This document shows, one piece after another, positions 1 through 12,350 of a DNA stretch of 64,000 nt. Source of the stretch: Macrostomum hystrix (lineage: Eukaryota; Animalia; Platyhelminthes); contig CATNEN010000040.1 in NCBI GenBank assembly GCA_950097015.1, forward strand, positions 248,001 through 312,000, written 5' to 3'. The translations under genes and the position numbers were made by a program. The notes under the pieces are model-generated. The model made no database searches. It was not told the origin of the DNA and saw nothing but the letters and a program-made list of their open reading frames with translations. Each line of letters opens with the position of its first letter. Within the stretch, counting starts at the first letter, position 1.

Positions 1-1040
1 CCCACTCCTCTCCAATCATTCAGATCCCACTCCTCTCCGATCACTCAGATCCCACTCCTCTCCGATCATTCAGATCCCACTCCTCTCCAATCATTCAGAT
101 CCCACTCCTCTCCGATCACTCAGATCCCACTCCTCTCCAATCACTCAGATCCCACTCCTCTCCAATGATTCAGATCCCACTCCTCTACAATCATTCAGAT
201 CCCACTCTTCTGCAATCACTCAGATCCCATTCCTCTCCGATCACTCAGATCCCACTCCTCTCCAATCACTCAGATCCCACTCCTCTCCAATCACTCAGAT
301 CCCACTCCTCTCCAATCACTCAGATCCCACTCCTCTCCAATCACTCAGATCCCACTCCTCTCCAATGATTCAGATCCCACTCCTCTCCAATCACTCAGAT
401 CCCACTCCTCTCCAATCACTCAGATCCCACTCCTCTCCAATGATTCAGATCCCACTCCTCTCCAATCACTCAGATCCCACTCCTCTCCAATCACTCAGAT
501 CCCACTCCTCTCCAATCACTCAGATCCCACTCCTCTCCATCATTCAGATCCCACTCCTCTCCAATCATTCAGATCCCACTCCTCTCCATCATTCAGATCC
601 CACTCCTCTCCAATCACTCAGATCCCACTCCTCTCCAATCACTCAGATCCCACTCCTCTCCAATCACTCAGATCCCACTCCTCTCCAATCACTCAGATCC
701 CACTCCTCTCCAATCACTCAGATCCCACTCCTCTCCAATGATTCAGATCCCACTCCTCTCCAATCACTCAGATCCCACTCCTCTCCAATCACTCAGATCC
801 CACTCCTCTCCAATCACTCAGATCCCACTCCTCTCCATCATTCAGATCCCACTCCTCTCCAATCATTCAGATCCCACTCCTCTCCATCATTCAGATCCCA
901 CTCCTCTCCAATCACTCAGATCCCACTCCTCTCCAATCACTCAGATCCCACTCCTCTCCAATCACTCAGATCCCACTCCTCTACAATCACTCAGATCCCA
1001 CTCCTCTCCAATCACTCAGATCCCACTCCTCTCCAATCAT
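1..1040. repeat. 25-bp minisatellite array (cagatcccactcctctccaatcact)n, runs off the left edge
   Basis: Unit read directly; about 41 near-identical copies. Confidence 0.97.
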
Positions 1041-2229
1041 CACTCCGAGGGGATTTAAAAGATTGTTAACTAGTAAATTGAGCAGAGCCCCAGCTAATTT
1101 CTAATCCCAGTTATGTCTAAATATGCCAGGTTGCAGCCCTCTGTCTTGCACAACACTCAATTTGTCACCCATCCCGTTTTTCACAGGTGTCACAAGCTGT
1201 GTGAAATCAGCTTTGTCAGTCTTTTAAAAATACTCTTTTTCCTAAATAAAGGAAAACAGAATTTTTCTACAAAAGTCTGACAGCACTCTGTGACAGTTAT
1301 ATGTGTTAACAGGCCTTGTCTGCTATCCAACTGTGGGAGTATTATGCAATCCTCCGGGATCAAAGCAAAAAAGCCATCCCTTCGAAATATCCCCATGTTC
1401 CGCTTGTTAAGTTTTACACATGTTCACGCAAGGCACACAACAACCTTATTTTGGAACAAGCTGTTGTGACGCAACGAAGGGGTAAAAATCCCTTTCCATT
1501 TTAATTTTTTAAACTTTACATGTGAGGATTTTAGTCAAAAGTGACACATTTTTTTAATTGGGACAAAGAACAAGTACCCTGGAGTTAGAAATGCGGAGTA
1601 AATTTGACGCATTGAAAAATAACTTAGAATTGCACATTCAGCTTGCGCCAATTAAAACAAATAATAAATCTTTAATATTTCCTCATATCGCTAAAATTTC
1701 ATAATCAACACATTATACTATAAGATAATAAAAATAATTCACCTACGAGTATGCCTAATGAATTTATTCTCAAACTAAACAATATACGATAGGGACAAGC
1801 AATGCTCAAAGTGTTTATGAGGCAGTGTTTATTATTATTATTACTATTGCATAATCATTGCACTACATTAAATACTAAACCAAATGATGATTAGCTTCTA
1901 TTATTTCACTTTTGGCTTATAGATTGGAGAACTAAGACCCTGTATTTGATTGTTTGGTGTTTACTAATGGCGAGCTATCTATAGTCTTGTTATTCAATTC
2001 ACAAATTTTGAAAGATTAGGCGCGTGCTTGCTTGAGAACACAGAATTTATATTTGGAGCTGAGGGACTTTCGTGAGATGTTTCTGATAGAATGGGAAAAG
2101 GAAGAAGACAGAGCGAGAAGGGATTATGATGCGATGAAAATAGGAGAGGGTGGGGATATGGGGATGGGAGTAGGAGAGGCTAGGAGAAAAGGGAGATGAG
2201 AATATGAGGCTGGGAGAATTGCGACATGG

Positions 2230-5200
2230 GAATAAGAGAGATGAAGACAATGGGAGAATAGGGACAAGGGAATAGGAGAGGCTCGGAGAATAGAGATGGG
2301 GGAATAGGAGAGGTTGGGAGAATAGAGACGTGGGAAGAGGAGAGGCTCGGAGAATAGGGACATGGGAAGAGGAGAGGCTCGGAGAATAGAGACATGGGAA
2401 GAGGAGAGGCTGGGAGAATTGAGACGGGGGAAGAGGAGAGGCTCGGAGAATAGGGACATGGGAAGAGGAGAGGCTGGGAGAATAGGGACATGGGAAGAGG
2501 AGAGGCTCGGAGAATAGGGACATGGGAAGAGGAGAGGCTCGGATAATAGGGACATGGGAAGAGGAGAGGCTCGGAGAATAGGGGCATGGGAATAGGAGAG
2601 GCTGGGAGAATTGAGACGGGGGAAGAGGAGAGGCTCGGAGAATAGGGACATGGGAAGAGGAGAGGTTGGGAGAATAGAGACGGGGGAATAGGAGAGGTTG
2701 GGAGAATAGAGACGGGGGAATAGGAGAGGCTGGGAGAATAGGGACATGGGAAGAGGAGAGGCTGGGAGAATAAGGACATGGGAAGAGGAGAGGCTCGGAG
2801 AATAGGGACATGGGAAGAGAAGAGGCTCGGAGAATAGAGACGGGGGAATAGGAGAGGCTAGGAGAATAGAGATGGGGGAATAGGAGAGGCTCGGAGAATA
2901 GAGATGGGGGAATAGGAGAGGCTCGGAGAATAGTGATGGGGGAAGAGGAGAGGCTCGGAGAATAGTGATGGGGGAATAGGAGAGGCTCGGAGAATAGTGA
3001 TGGGGGAAGAGGAGAGGCTCGGAGAATAGTGATGGGGGAAGAGGAGAGGCTCGGAGAATAGAGATGGGGGGATAGGAGAGGCTCGGAGAATAGAGACGGG
3101 GGAATAGGAGAGGTTGGGAGAATAGAGACGGGGGAATAGGAGAGGCTGGGAGAATAGGGACATGGGAAGAGGAGAGGCTGGGAGAATAAGGACATGGGAA
3201 GAGGAGAGGCTCGGAGAATAGGGACATGGGAAGAGAAGAGGCTCGGAGAATAGAGACGGGGGAATAGGAGAGGCTAGGAGAATAGAGATGGGGGAATAGG
3301 AGAGGCTCGGAGAATAGAGATGGGGGAATAGGAGAGGCTCGGAGAATAGTGATGGGGGAAGAGGAGAGGCTCGGAGAATAGTGATGGGGGAAGAGGAGAG
3401 GCTCGGAGAATAGTGATGGGGGAATAGGAGAGGCTCGGAGAATAGTGATGGGGGAAGAGGAGAGGCTCGGAGAATAGTGATGGGGGAATAGGAGAGGCTC
3501 GGAGAATAGTGATGGGGGAATAGGAGAGGCTCGGAGAATAGTGATGGGGGAATAGGAGAGGCTCGGAGAATAGTGATGGGGGAAGAGGAGAGGCTCGGAG
3601 AATAGTGATGGGGGAATAGGAGAGGCTCGGAGAATAGTGATGGGGGAATAGGAGAGGCTCGGAGAATAGTGATGGGGGAAGAGGAGAGGCTCGGAGAATA
3701 GAGATGGGGGGATAGGAGAGGCTCGGAGAATAGTGATGGGGGAATAGGAGAGGCTCGGAGAATAGAGATGGGGGAATAGGAGAGGCTGGGAGAATAGAGA
3801 CGTGGGAAGAGGAGAGGCTCGGAGAATAGGGACAAGGGAATAGGAGAGGCTGGGAGAATAGAGATGGGGGAATAGGTGAGGATCGGAGAATAGAGACGGG
3901 GGAATAGGAGAGGTTGGGAGAATAGAGACGGGGGAATAGGAGAGGCTGGGAGAATAGGGACATGGGAAGAGGAGAGGCTGGGAGAATAAGGACATGGGAA
4001 GAGGAGAGGCTCGGAGAATAGGGACATGGGAAGAGAAGAGGCTCGGAGAATAGAGACGGGGGAATAGGAGAGGCTAGGAGAATAGAGATGGGGGAATAGG
4101 AGAGGCTCGGAGAATAGAGATGGGGGAATAGGAGAGGCTCGGAGAATAGTGATGGGGGAAGAGGAGAGGCTCGGAGAATAGTGATGGGGGAATAGGAGAG
4201 GCTCGGAGAATAGTGATGGGGGAAGAGGAGAGGCTCGGAGAATAGTGATGGGGGAAGAGGAGAGGCTCGGAGAATAGAGATGGGGGGATAGGAGAGGCTC
4301 GGAGAATAGAGACGGGGGAATAGGAGAGGTTGGGAGAATAGAGACGGGGGAATAGGAGAGGCTGGGAGAATAGGGACATGGGAAGAGGAGAGGCTCGGAG
4401 AATAGGGACATGGGAAGAGGAGAGGCTCGGAGAATAGGGACATGGGAAGAGGAGAGGCTCGGAGAATAGAGACGGGGGAATAGGAGAGGCTGGGAGAATA
4501 GAGATGGGGAATAGGAGAGGCTCGGAGAATAGAGATGGGGGAATAGGAGAGGCTCGGAGAATAGTGATGGGGGAAGAGGAGAGGCTCGGAGAATAGTGAT
4601 GGGGGAAGAGGAGAGGCTCGGAGAATAGTGATGGGGGAATAGGAGAGGCTCGGAGAATAGTGATGGGGGAATAGGAGAGGCTCGGAGAATAGTGATGGGG
4701 GAATAGGAGAGGCTCGGAGAATAGTGATGGGGGAATAGGAGAGGCTCGGAGAATAGTGATGGGGGAATAGGAGAGGCTCGGAGAATAGTGATGGGGGAAG
4801 AGGAGAGGCTCGGAGAATAGTGATGGGGGAATAGGAGAGGCTCGGAGAATAGTGATGGGGGAATAGGAGAGGCTCGGAGAATAGTGATGGGGGAAGAGGA
4901 GAGGCTCGGAGAATAGAGATGGGGGGATAGGAGAGGCTCGGAGAATAGTGATGGGGGAATAGGAGAGGCTCGGAGAATAGAGATGGGGGAATAGGAGAGG
5001 CTGGGAGAATAGAGACGTGGGAAGAGGAGAGGCTCGGAGAATAGGGACAAGGGAATAGGAGAGGCTGGGAGAATAGAGATGGGGGAATAGGTGAGGATCG
5101 GAGAATAGAGACGGGGGAATAGGAGAGGCTGGGAGAATAGAGACGGGGGAGTAGGAGAGGCTGGGAGAATAGGGACATGGGAATGGAGAGGCTGGGAATA
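2230..5200. repeat. 32-bp purine-rich minisatellite (ggagaatagtgatgggggaataggagaggctc)n with variant blocks
   Basis: Unit read directly; the 32-aa periodicity of the spurious minus-strand ORFs equals 3 units. Confidence 0.96.
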
Positions 5201-5889
5201 AAAGAGACAGATTAGGTAAGAGAGGGGAATGGAATTTCGATTAAATTAGAAAGAAGGTCTAATGAAGAGGATTGAGAATGGAATTTAGGGGATTTATAGA
5301 TTTATAGATTTACAGCCATTAGAAACGACAACTCGTTTCTATTATTTACACAATTACAAGTTTTGTATTTTAATACGAATATGCAAACTCGGCGAAAATT
5401 TGTTTACAATATAAAGTGAAAAAAAACTCGGATTAGTTTAAAGCTGAGCTCAATTTGGGACTTGTCTCCAAACCCCGAGGCATGAGCTAATAGATTATTG
5501 GAAGACAAGAAAATGGCCGACAATTGCCCTCCGAAGAAATGAGGTGGGAATCACCTTGCTCATCCTGACGGGTTAGAGCAACTGATAACTTTCTTCTTAT
5601 GCCCTCCTAGCCTTAGCAACAACCAGTCGCGCCTCGGCAACAAAAAAGTAGGTGCGATCCACACCTCGTGGAACAACACTTGTCTTCTGGCTTACTTTTA
5701 GTTTTGAGATGCATCGGAGCTTTTTGTCTTGCCAAACGCACTTCCCTGGGGCAGCGCGGTAATTGTCCAAAACTTGTCTAATGCCTTTAAGGTCTTTAAC
5801 GAGGCGATAAACTGTTTTTTGTTCCACTCAACCAGCCTTCATTAGTGTATCGTGAGTTTAGGACTGGGAGGGGGTTGTTGCCCCGCTTT

Positions 5890-5985
5890 CTATTGGCTGG
5901 AGCCGATTGGGGTGGTGGGCCATCGCTTGGTCGGCCGGTTTGCTGAGAGATTTTCACACCTCAGCCCGCAGGACCATAAAATAGG
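5890..5985 (+). promoter_or_regulatory. Possible promoter of the RhoGAP gene (two inverted CCAAT boxes, TATA-like cataaaa)
   Basis: ATTGG at ~5892 and ~5906 and CATAAAATA at ~5975, in a GC-richer patch 120-200 bp upstream of the ATG at 6099. Motif match only. Confidence 0.3.
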
Positions 5986-6098
5986 CCCCGGCCCCGGCCA
6001 GTTTGGTCTTTCAACTGTACGCATCTCCTGATAAGCGAGCCGTGCCTGAAGAGAACTTCATAAAATAACTTTATATATTCAGTCAAACACAGCCAAGC

Positions 6099-9000
6099 AT
6101 GCCATTGTTAAGCGGCAGTCTGGCGACACCGAAGCCTCCAGTCAGGCCGACAACAGCAGCCTGTTCAACAGCGTCAGCGCGACGACGAAGGAGCCGCAGC
6201 AGCGGCTATGGACATAGTGCCGCTCTGTGCGTCGATGCAACTTCCAAGGTCAGATCATTATGATTTTTTCACTGCTCCATAGTATCCATGCTTCTTATCC
6301 TTCTATTGAAATAAATGTTCACTATTAAAATCACAAAATCTTTGGCCTTCCCTTCTAGCAGCAGCCAGAGACGCAGCAGCCAATAGCGCCGGCGCCAGAG
6401 TCGCAGAGCACTCGACTCAAACAGCTGGCAGCCACTATGACTCGCCCGGCCGCATCACAGGCCGCCCTGCGAAGCTTCGAACTCCTGCGCAGTCTGCTGC
6501 CTCGCCGATTCGCCGAACTGTGCAAAGTGCACCTGTCCTTTGTCATTGATGTACCCGCCGATTTCCTGGACGATACTGACGACACTGGAGCGGCTGCAGC
6601 TGCTGGCCAGACTCAGTGGCTGTGGCAGCGAGCCAGGGACAGCATGAAGCTGAAGAGGGTGCACAATACAGGTGAGCTCATGAAACAAAGTATAATATCT
6701 CCACCCTGCAATAATCCACTTATTTTCCCAACCAAGACTCTAATGTCGATACGATCTAGATCCCCATACGACTGCAAAGATCCCCGTACGAGATTTCCAT
6801 CCTAATGTCTCATTCAAGATCCCCATCCGATTGTCTCATCCAAGATCCCCATCCGGTTGTCTCATTCAAGATCCCTATCCGATTGTCTCATTCAAGATCC
6901 CCATTCGATTGTCTCATTCAAGATCCCTATCCGATTGTCTCATTCAAGATCCTCATCCTAATGTCTCATTCAAGATCCCCATCCGATTGTCTCATTCAAG
7001 ATCCCCATCCGATTGTCTCATTCAAGATCCTCATCCTAATGTCTCATTCAAGATCCCCATCCGATTGTCTCATCCAAGATCCCCATCCGATTGTCTCATT
7101 CAAGATCCCCATCCGATTGTCTCATTCAAGATCCCCATCCGATTGTCTCATTCAAGATCCCCATTCGATCGTCTCTTTCAAGATCCCCATCCGATTGTCT
7201 CATTCAAGATCCCCATCCGATTGTCTCATCCAAGATCCCCATCCGATTGTCTCATTCAAGATCCCCATCCGATTGTCTCATTCAAGATCCCCATCCGATT
7301 CTCTCATTCAAGATCCCCATCCGATTGTCTCATTCAAGATCCCCATCCGATTGTCTAATTCAAGATCCCCATCCGATTGTCTCATTCAAGATCCTCATCC
7401 GATTGTCTCATTCAAGATCCCCATCCGATTGTCTCATTCAAGATCCCCATCCGATTCTCTCATTCAAGATCCCCATCCGATTGTCTCATTCAAGATCCCC
7501 ATCCGATTCTCTCATTCAAGATCCCCATCCGATTGTCTCATCCAAGATCCCCATCCGATTGTCTCATCCAAGATCCCCATCCGATTCTCTCATTCAAGAT
7601 CCCCATCCGATTGTCTCATTCAAGATCCCCATTCGATCGTCTCTTTCAAGATCCCCATCCGATTGTCTCATTCAAGATCCCCATCCGATCGTCTCATTCA
7701 AGATCCCCATTCGATCGTCTCTTTCAAGATCCCATCCGATCATCGATCCTCATCTAATCATCCAATCCAAAAATCCCAAGCCATTTTCCTATGAAGTGAA
7801 AATCCCACTAATGCTCGTATTAAAATAGCATGTTTTCTGCTTGCAAAAGATTCAGCAGAACATTCTCCAATATCGTTTTTTTATCCGACAGTGGCCTCGC
7901 AAACTCATTTCGCTGACGTCAGAGATCTCGCCGCGGTCGACCGCCTCCTGACCCGCCTTGCCAGCCGGCCCGGCGTTGAGCGAGTGGACGGCCTGTTCCG
8001 CAAATGCGGCTCCGTCGCCCGTCAGCGCCGGCTGCTGGACGGCCTATGGGCCAACACCGGCGAGGTCAGTGCCGAGGATGTTGACGAGGCCTGGACAGCG
8101 CATGACCTGGCCGGAGCATTGAAGGTCAGTCTGGCCAGACTGTCCGAACCGCTGCTTACCAGGCGTCTGCTCCCATACTTTCAGCAGGTGAGAAATCGAT
8201 TATTTAATCAATCCTAGATTTTAAAGCCGATATGTATCGAAAAAGTCGAATTTAATTGACAAGAATTTTACTGAATCGATGAAACGAATTCGCCTTCGCC
8301 AAGGTGGCCCAGACAACCAACGCCAGTGCCTCTAGCGGCGATAGTGACGATGGAGACAACGATGGCCTGTCGGCAGTTCTGACGGCTCGCCGGTTGAAGG
8401 CTCTGCGCCTACTGATTCAGCTCCTGCCGTCGGACCGGCGCGCCCTGCTCGGCCGCCTCCTGGCACTGCTGTCGAGCGTTGCCGAGGCAGCCGCCTTCTC
8501 CCGAATGCCGCCGGAAAACCTGGGCACCGTGTTCGGCCCGGCACTGTTCTACCCGATGCCGGAGCCAGCCGCGCGAGATCTGGCAGCCGGGTTCAACTCC
8601 GCGATGGCGTTTCTAGTCCGACATGCGGCGGCAGTTATGCAGGCAAGTATTGCACCCAATGCATTTAGGGATATTGTAGCCCAGTGGTTAAAGAGTCGGA
8701 CTTCTGGATGAGAGGTCGGAAGTTCCTATCTCACCCCAACGGGGAGGGTGAGTGGCAGAGCGGTTAATGCGTTTGCCTCTTGCACCAAGGTCCCTGGGCT
8801 CGATATCGCGGCGAGGCCACATTAATTCGGGACGTAGCCGCGGAGAGAATGCTTGGGGGCTCGTCGTGCAATTTACGATCTTGAGGGCCAACCTCCAAGG
8901 CACAGTGAGAGTGTACACTGCCAGACGATGAGAAAGTCAGGGCAGATGTACACACCTATGTGAGTGTGTGCTGCGTACAGTATCTGTGAGCGTGTGTGCT

Positions 9001-9840
9001 CAGGAGTCAGCGAAATCGGCAGAACTGCATCCTCGCTGGTTGTGGGTCTTCTGTTACTAAATAATATGTGCCGTTGCCCGCAGCCCTCCAGCTCATATTA
9101 TTAATAATATTATCGCAGCCCAATGTTAAACAATGTGTATCGTGAGTCGAACCATCGACCATCAAGTCGTGACTCCGACGCTTTAGGCTAGAACACAGGT
9201 AAATTCGTAGTCTGTTCCTTAAAATATTATTTCGATAAATTATTGAATTTTTAGCATACTTTTCTTCGATTATTTAATAAATGAATTTCGTTGCATATTT
9301 TCTAGTAAATCTACTTGAAGTAGCATAGACCAAACATAGCATTAACCAAATGTGTTAAATTTTCCACAGGTTCCTGACAGCGTTGCCCAGGATGCCGACG
9401 GGATCCTTCGCCGCCTGCGCCGCTGCCGCGCTGCCCCTAGCGCCCTCGCAGCCGATGAGACAGCCATGCCCTGTTTGTCAGTCCGCTTCGCCGAGTGCGC
9501 CGACGTTGCCGTCGAGTACGCCTCCCCGGACGGCGACGCCGACGACTTCACCCGGTCGCAGGTGGCCGCCCTCTACGCCACCGTCCAGGCGATGCCGGAT
9601 TCAGCGAAACGGCGCCGACTAATTCGAAGATTCAATAGGACCAACGGCGGCCTGCCGACAGCTCCAACTGGCGCCGCATCATCGACGCCGCCGACTGCTG
9701 CAGTCTATTCGGCTTCGCCGTCGCCGTTGTCGGCGAAATCTTCGACGTCAACGTCGGGCTCGCCTTTGATTTCTTCGCCAGTGTTTGGCCGCCTATTCGA
9801 CTATCCGATGCGCTGTCTGTCTCCTGAGGCGGGCTATTAA
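6099..9840 (+). CDS. ARHGAP19: Rho GTPase-activating protein, ARHGAP19-like (~522 aa, 5 exons)
   Basis: Exons 6099-6248, 6359-6671, 7892-8187, 8304-8642, 9370-9840 join in frame (phases 0,1,0,0). RhoGAP motifs GLFRKCGS, HDLAGALK..L..L.EPLL and RM.PENLGTVFGPALF. The C-terminal LYATVQAMPDSAKRRRLIRRFN matches the ARHGAP19 tail (HDMPESAKKKQLIRQFN). Confidence 0.88.
6790..7745. repeat. 26-bp minisatellite (ctcattcaagatccccatccgattgt)n in RhoGAP intron 2
   Basis: Unit read directly; fills most of intron 6672-7891. Confidence 0.96.
8742..9112 (+). mobile_element. tRNA-derived SINE family A, copy 1
   Basis: A-box-like TGGCAGAGCGG, degenerate B-box and (TAT/TAA)-rich tail. Clearly homologous to the copies at ~30280, ~33400 and ~49886. 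Confidence 0.85.
9140..9200 (-). mobile_element. tRNA-like head fragment of SINE family B
   Basis: Reverse complement reads tagcctaaagcgtcggagtcacgacttgatggtcgatggttcgactc, similar to the heads at 51215, 52990 and 62290. Confidence 0.55.
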
Positions 9841-10299
9841 CTGAATATGAGCTACCAAATTATTTGATATTCATGCGCCAATCTAGCTACTGCCCATACA
9901 ATTAGTTGTAAGTAGCATAGCTCGCTTAGTGGTACCGTTTTTAAATCTCGAAACTGCTTTCGCCTAACAGTTAATGCATTTTCTTGGCATATTTTAATTC
10001 AGACTGCACTTACACTTTTAAATGTACATTTTTATGCTCGCACACTAGGCACACTTAGAATCGGGCATCACATTGATGTCCCGTGAATGGATGCGCTGCT
10101 CTATCGATTAGCATAATTATCCCATTTTTATCATAACCTCATTTTATGAAAAACTGCTGAAAATTGTGTCCAAGAAATTTATAATTATAATCTTTTGTTT
10201 TACAGAACTCTTTGCATCTAAATTGCGTCCAAAAAGCACAAGCCTGGCGTCGTCTTTTGCTCTTGCTTTTTTTATCATCTAGCGCAAATGACCAAATGC

Positions 10300-11900
10300 G
10301 GGTATCCAAGAGTGTCTGTGGGTATCCAGGAGTGTCTGTGGTTATCCAGGAGTGTCTGTGGGTATCCAGGAGTGTCTGTGGGTATCCAGGAGTGTCTGTG
10401 AGTATCCAGGAGTGTCTGTGGGTATCCAGGAGTGTCTGTGAGTATCCAGGATGGTCTGTGGGTATCCAGGAGTGTCTGTGGGTATCCAGGAGTGTCTGTG
10501 AGTATCCAGGAGTGTCTGTGGTTATCCAGGAGTGTCTGTGGGTATCCAGGAGTGTCTGTGGGTATCCAGGAGTGTCTGTGAGTATCCAGGAGTGTCTGAG
10601 TATCCAGGAGTGTCTGTGGGTATCCAGGAGTGTCTGTGGGTATCCAGGAGTGTCTGTGAGTATCCAGGAGTGTCTGTGAGTATCCAGGAGTGTCTGTGGG
10701 TATCCAGGAGTGTCTGTGGGTATCCAGGAGTGTCTTTGGGTATCCAGTAGTGTCTGTGGTTATCCAGGAGTGTCTGTGGTTATCCAGGTGTGTCTGTGGG
10801 TATCCAGGAGTGTCTGTGAGTATGCAGGAGTGTCTGTGGGTATCCAGGAGTGTCTGTGGGTATCCAGGAGTGTCTGTGGTTATCCAGGAGTGTCTGTGGT
10901 TATCCAGGAGTGTCTGTGGGTATCCAGGAGTGTCTGTGGTTATCCAGGAGTGTCTGTGGTTATCCAGGAGTGTCTGTGGGTATCCAGGAGTGTCTGTGAG
11001 TATCCAGGAGTGTCTGTGAGTATCCAGGAGTGTCTGTGGTTATCCAGGAGTGTCTGTGGGTATCCAGGAGTGTCTGTGAGTATCCAGGAGTGTCTGTGAG
11101 TATCCAGGAGTGTCTGAGTATCCAGGAGTGTCTGTGGGTATCCAGGAGTGTCTGTGAGTATCCAGGAGTGTCTGAGTATCCAGGAGTGTCTGTGGGTATC
11201 CAGGAGTGTCTGTGGGTATCCAGGAGTGTCTGTGAGTATCCAGGAGTGTCTGTGAGTATCCAGGAGTGTCTGTGGGTATCCAGGAGTGTCTGTGGGTATC
11301 CAGGAGTGTCTTTGGGTATCCAGGAGTGTCTGTGGGTATCCAGGAGTGTCTGTGGGTATCCAGGAGTGTCTGTGAGTATCCGGGAGTGTCTGTGGGTATC
11401 CAGGAGTGTCTGTGGGTATCCAGGAGTGTCTGGTTATCCAGGAGTGTCTGTGGTTATCCAGGAGTGTCTTTGGGTATCCAGGAGTGTCTGTGGTTATCCA
11501 GGAGTGTCTGTGGGTATCCAGGAGTGTCTGGTTATCCAGGAGTGTCTGTGGTTATCCAGGAGTGTCTTTGGGTATCCAGGAGTGTCTGTGGGTATCCAGG
11601 AGTGTCTGTGGGTATCCAGGAGTGTCTGTGAGTATCCGGGAGTGTCTGTGGGTATCCAGGAGTGTCTGTGGGTATCCAGGAGTGTCTGGTTAACCAGGAG
11701 TGTCTGTGGTTATCCAGGAGTGTCTTTGGGTATCCAGGAGTGTCTGGTTATCCAGGAGTGTCTGTGGGTATCCAGGAGTGTCTGTGAGTATCCAGGAGTG
11801 TCTGTGAGTATCCAGGAGTGTCTGTGGGTATCCAGGAGTGTCTGTGGGTATCCAGGAGTGTCTGTGGGTATCCAGGAGTGTCTGTGGGTATCCAGGATGT
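10300..11900. repeat. 20-bp minisatellite (tatccaggagtgtctgtggg)n
   Basis: Unit read directly; about 80 copies between two convergent 3' gene ends. Confidence 0.97.
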
Positions 11901-12350
11901 CTATAGGTTGTCTTTGTAGACCAGATCACGGTACCTTGAAGGCTTGAAGTGTAACACCCATCTAGTAACTCCATAGACGTACAATTCAGATTTGACAAAA
12001 GATTATTTACATAGCAACAACTATGTGACAATCACATTGCACTTTATTTTGACAAACACAATAAAAGCATTTTCCTCTAGTTCTTCTACATCAGAATCGC
12101 TTCTGTATGGATTCTATCTGGGCGAAAATCATTCCTTAGCGACTGCAATCTTATAACGCAAATGTGACGTTCATACTATGAAGAAAGGAATGGTGAAAAA
12201 TACAAGTGTCGGTTATTCTCAAATAAATATTTGAGTTCTTGAATACTTTCGCATCTTGATATAAGATTTGCAGAAATTGAATATTGACTACGACGTTAAC
12301 AGTTATCAGTTTTCAAACCCACCACTTGAGTATTTATCCAGAGGGTGCAG

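Noticed and set aside
165-5178. Long ORFs up to 730 aa (SPSL/PILR/QIPLL repeats)
   Set aside because: They are translations of 25- and 32-bp minisatellites that lack stops on one strand. They are open in several frames at once, with no splice or homology support.
5597-5827. 76-aa minus-strand ORF divergent from the RhoGAP gene
   Set aside because: Non-ATG start, no recognisable motif and no consistent exon chain.
10212-11947. Cys-rich repeat protein (YPGVSVGIQECLWVSRSVCG)n with an acceptor-like site at 10205
   Set aside because: A 20-bp satellite open in all three frames, with indel variants that shift frame. I found no matching donor in the RhoGAP last exon.
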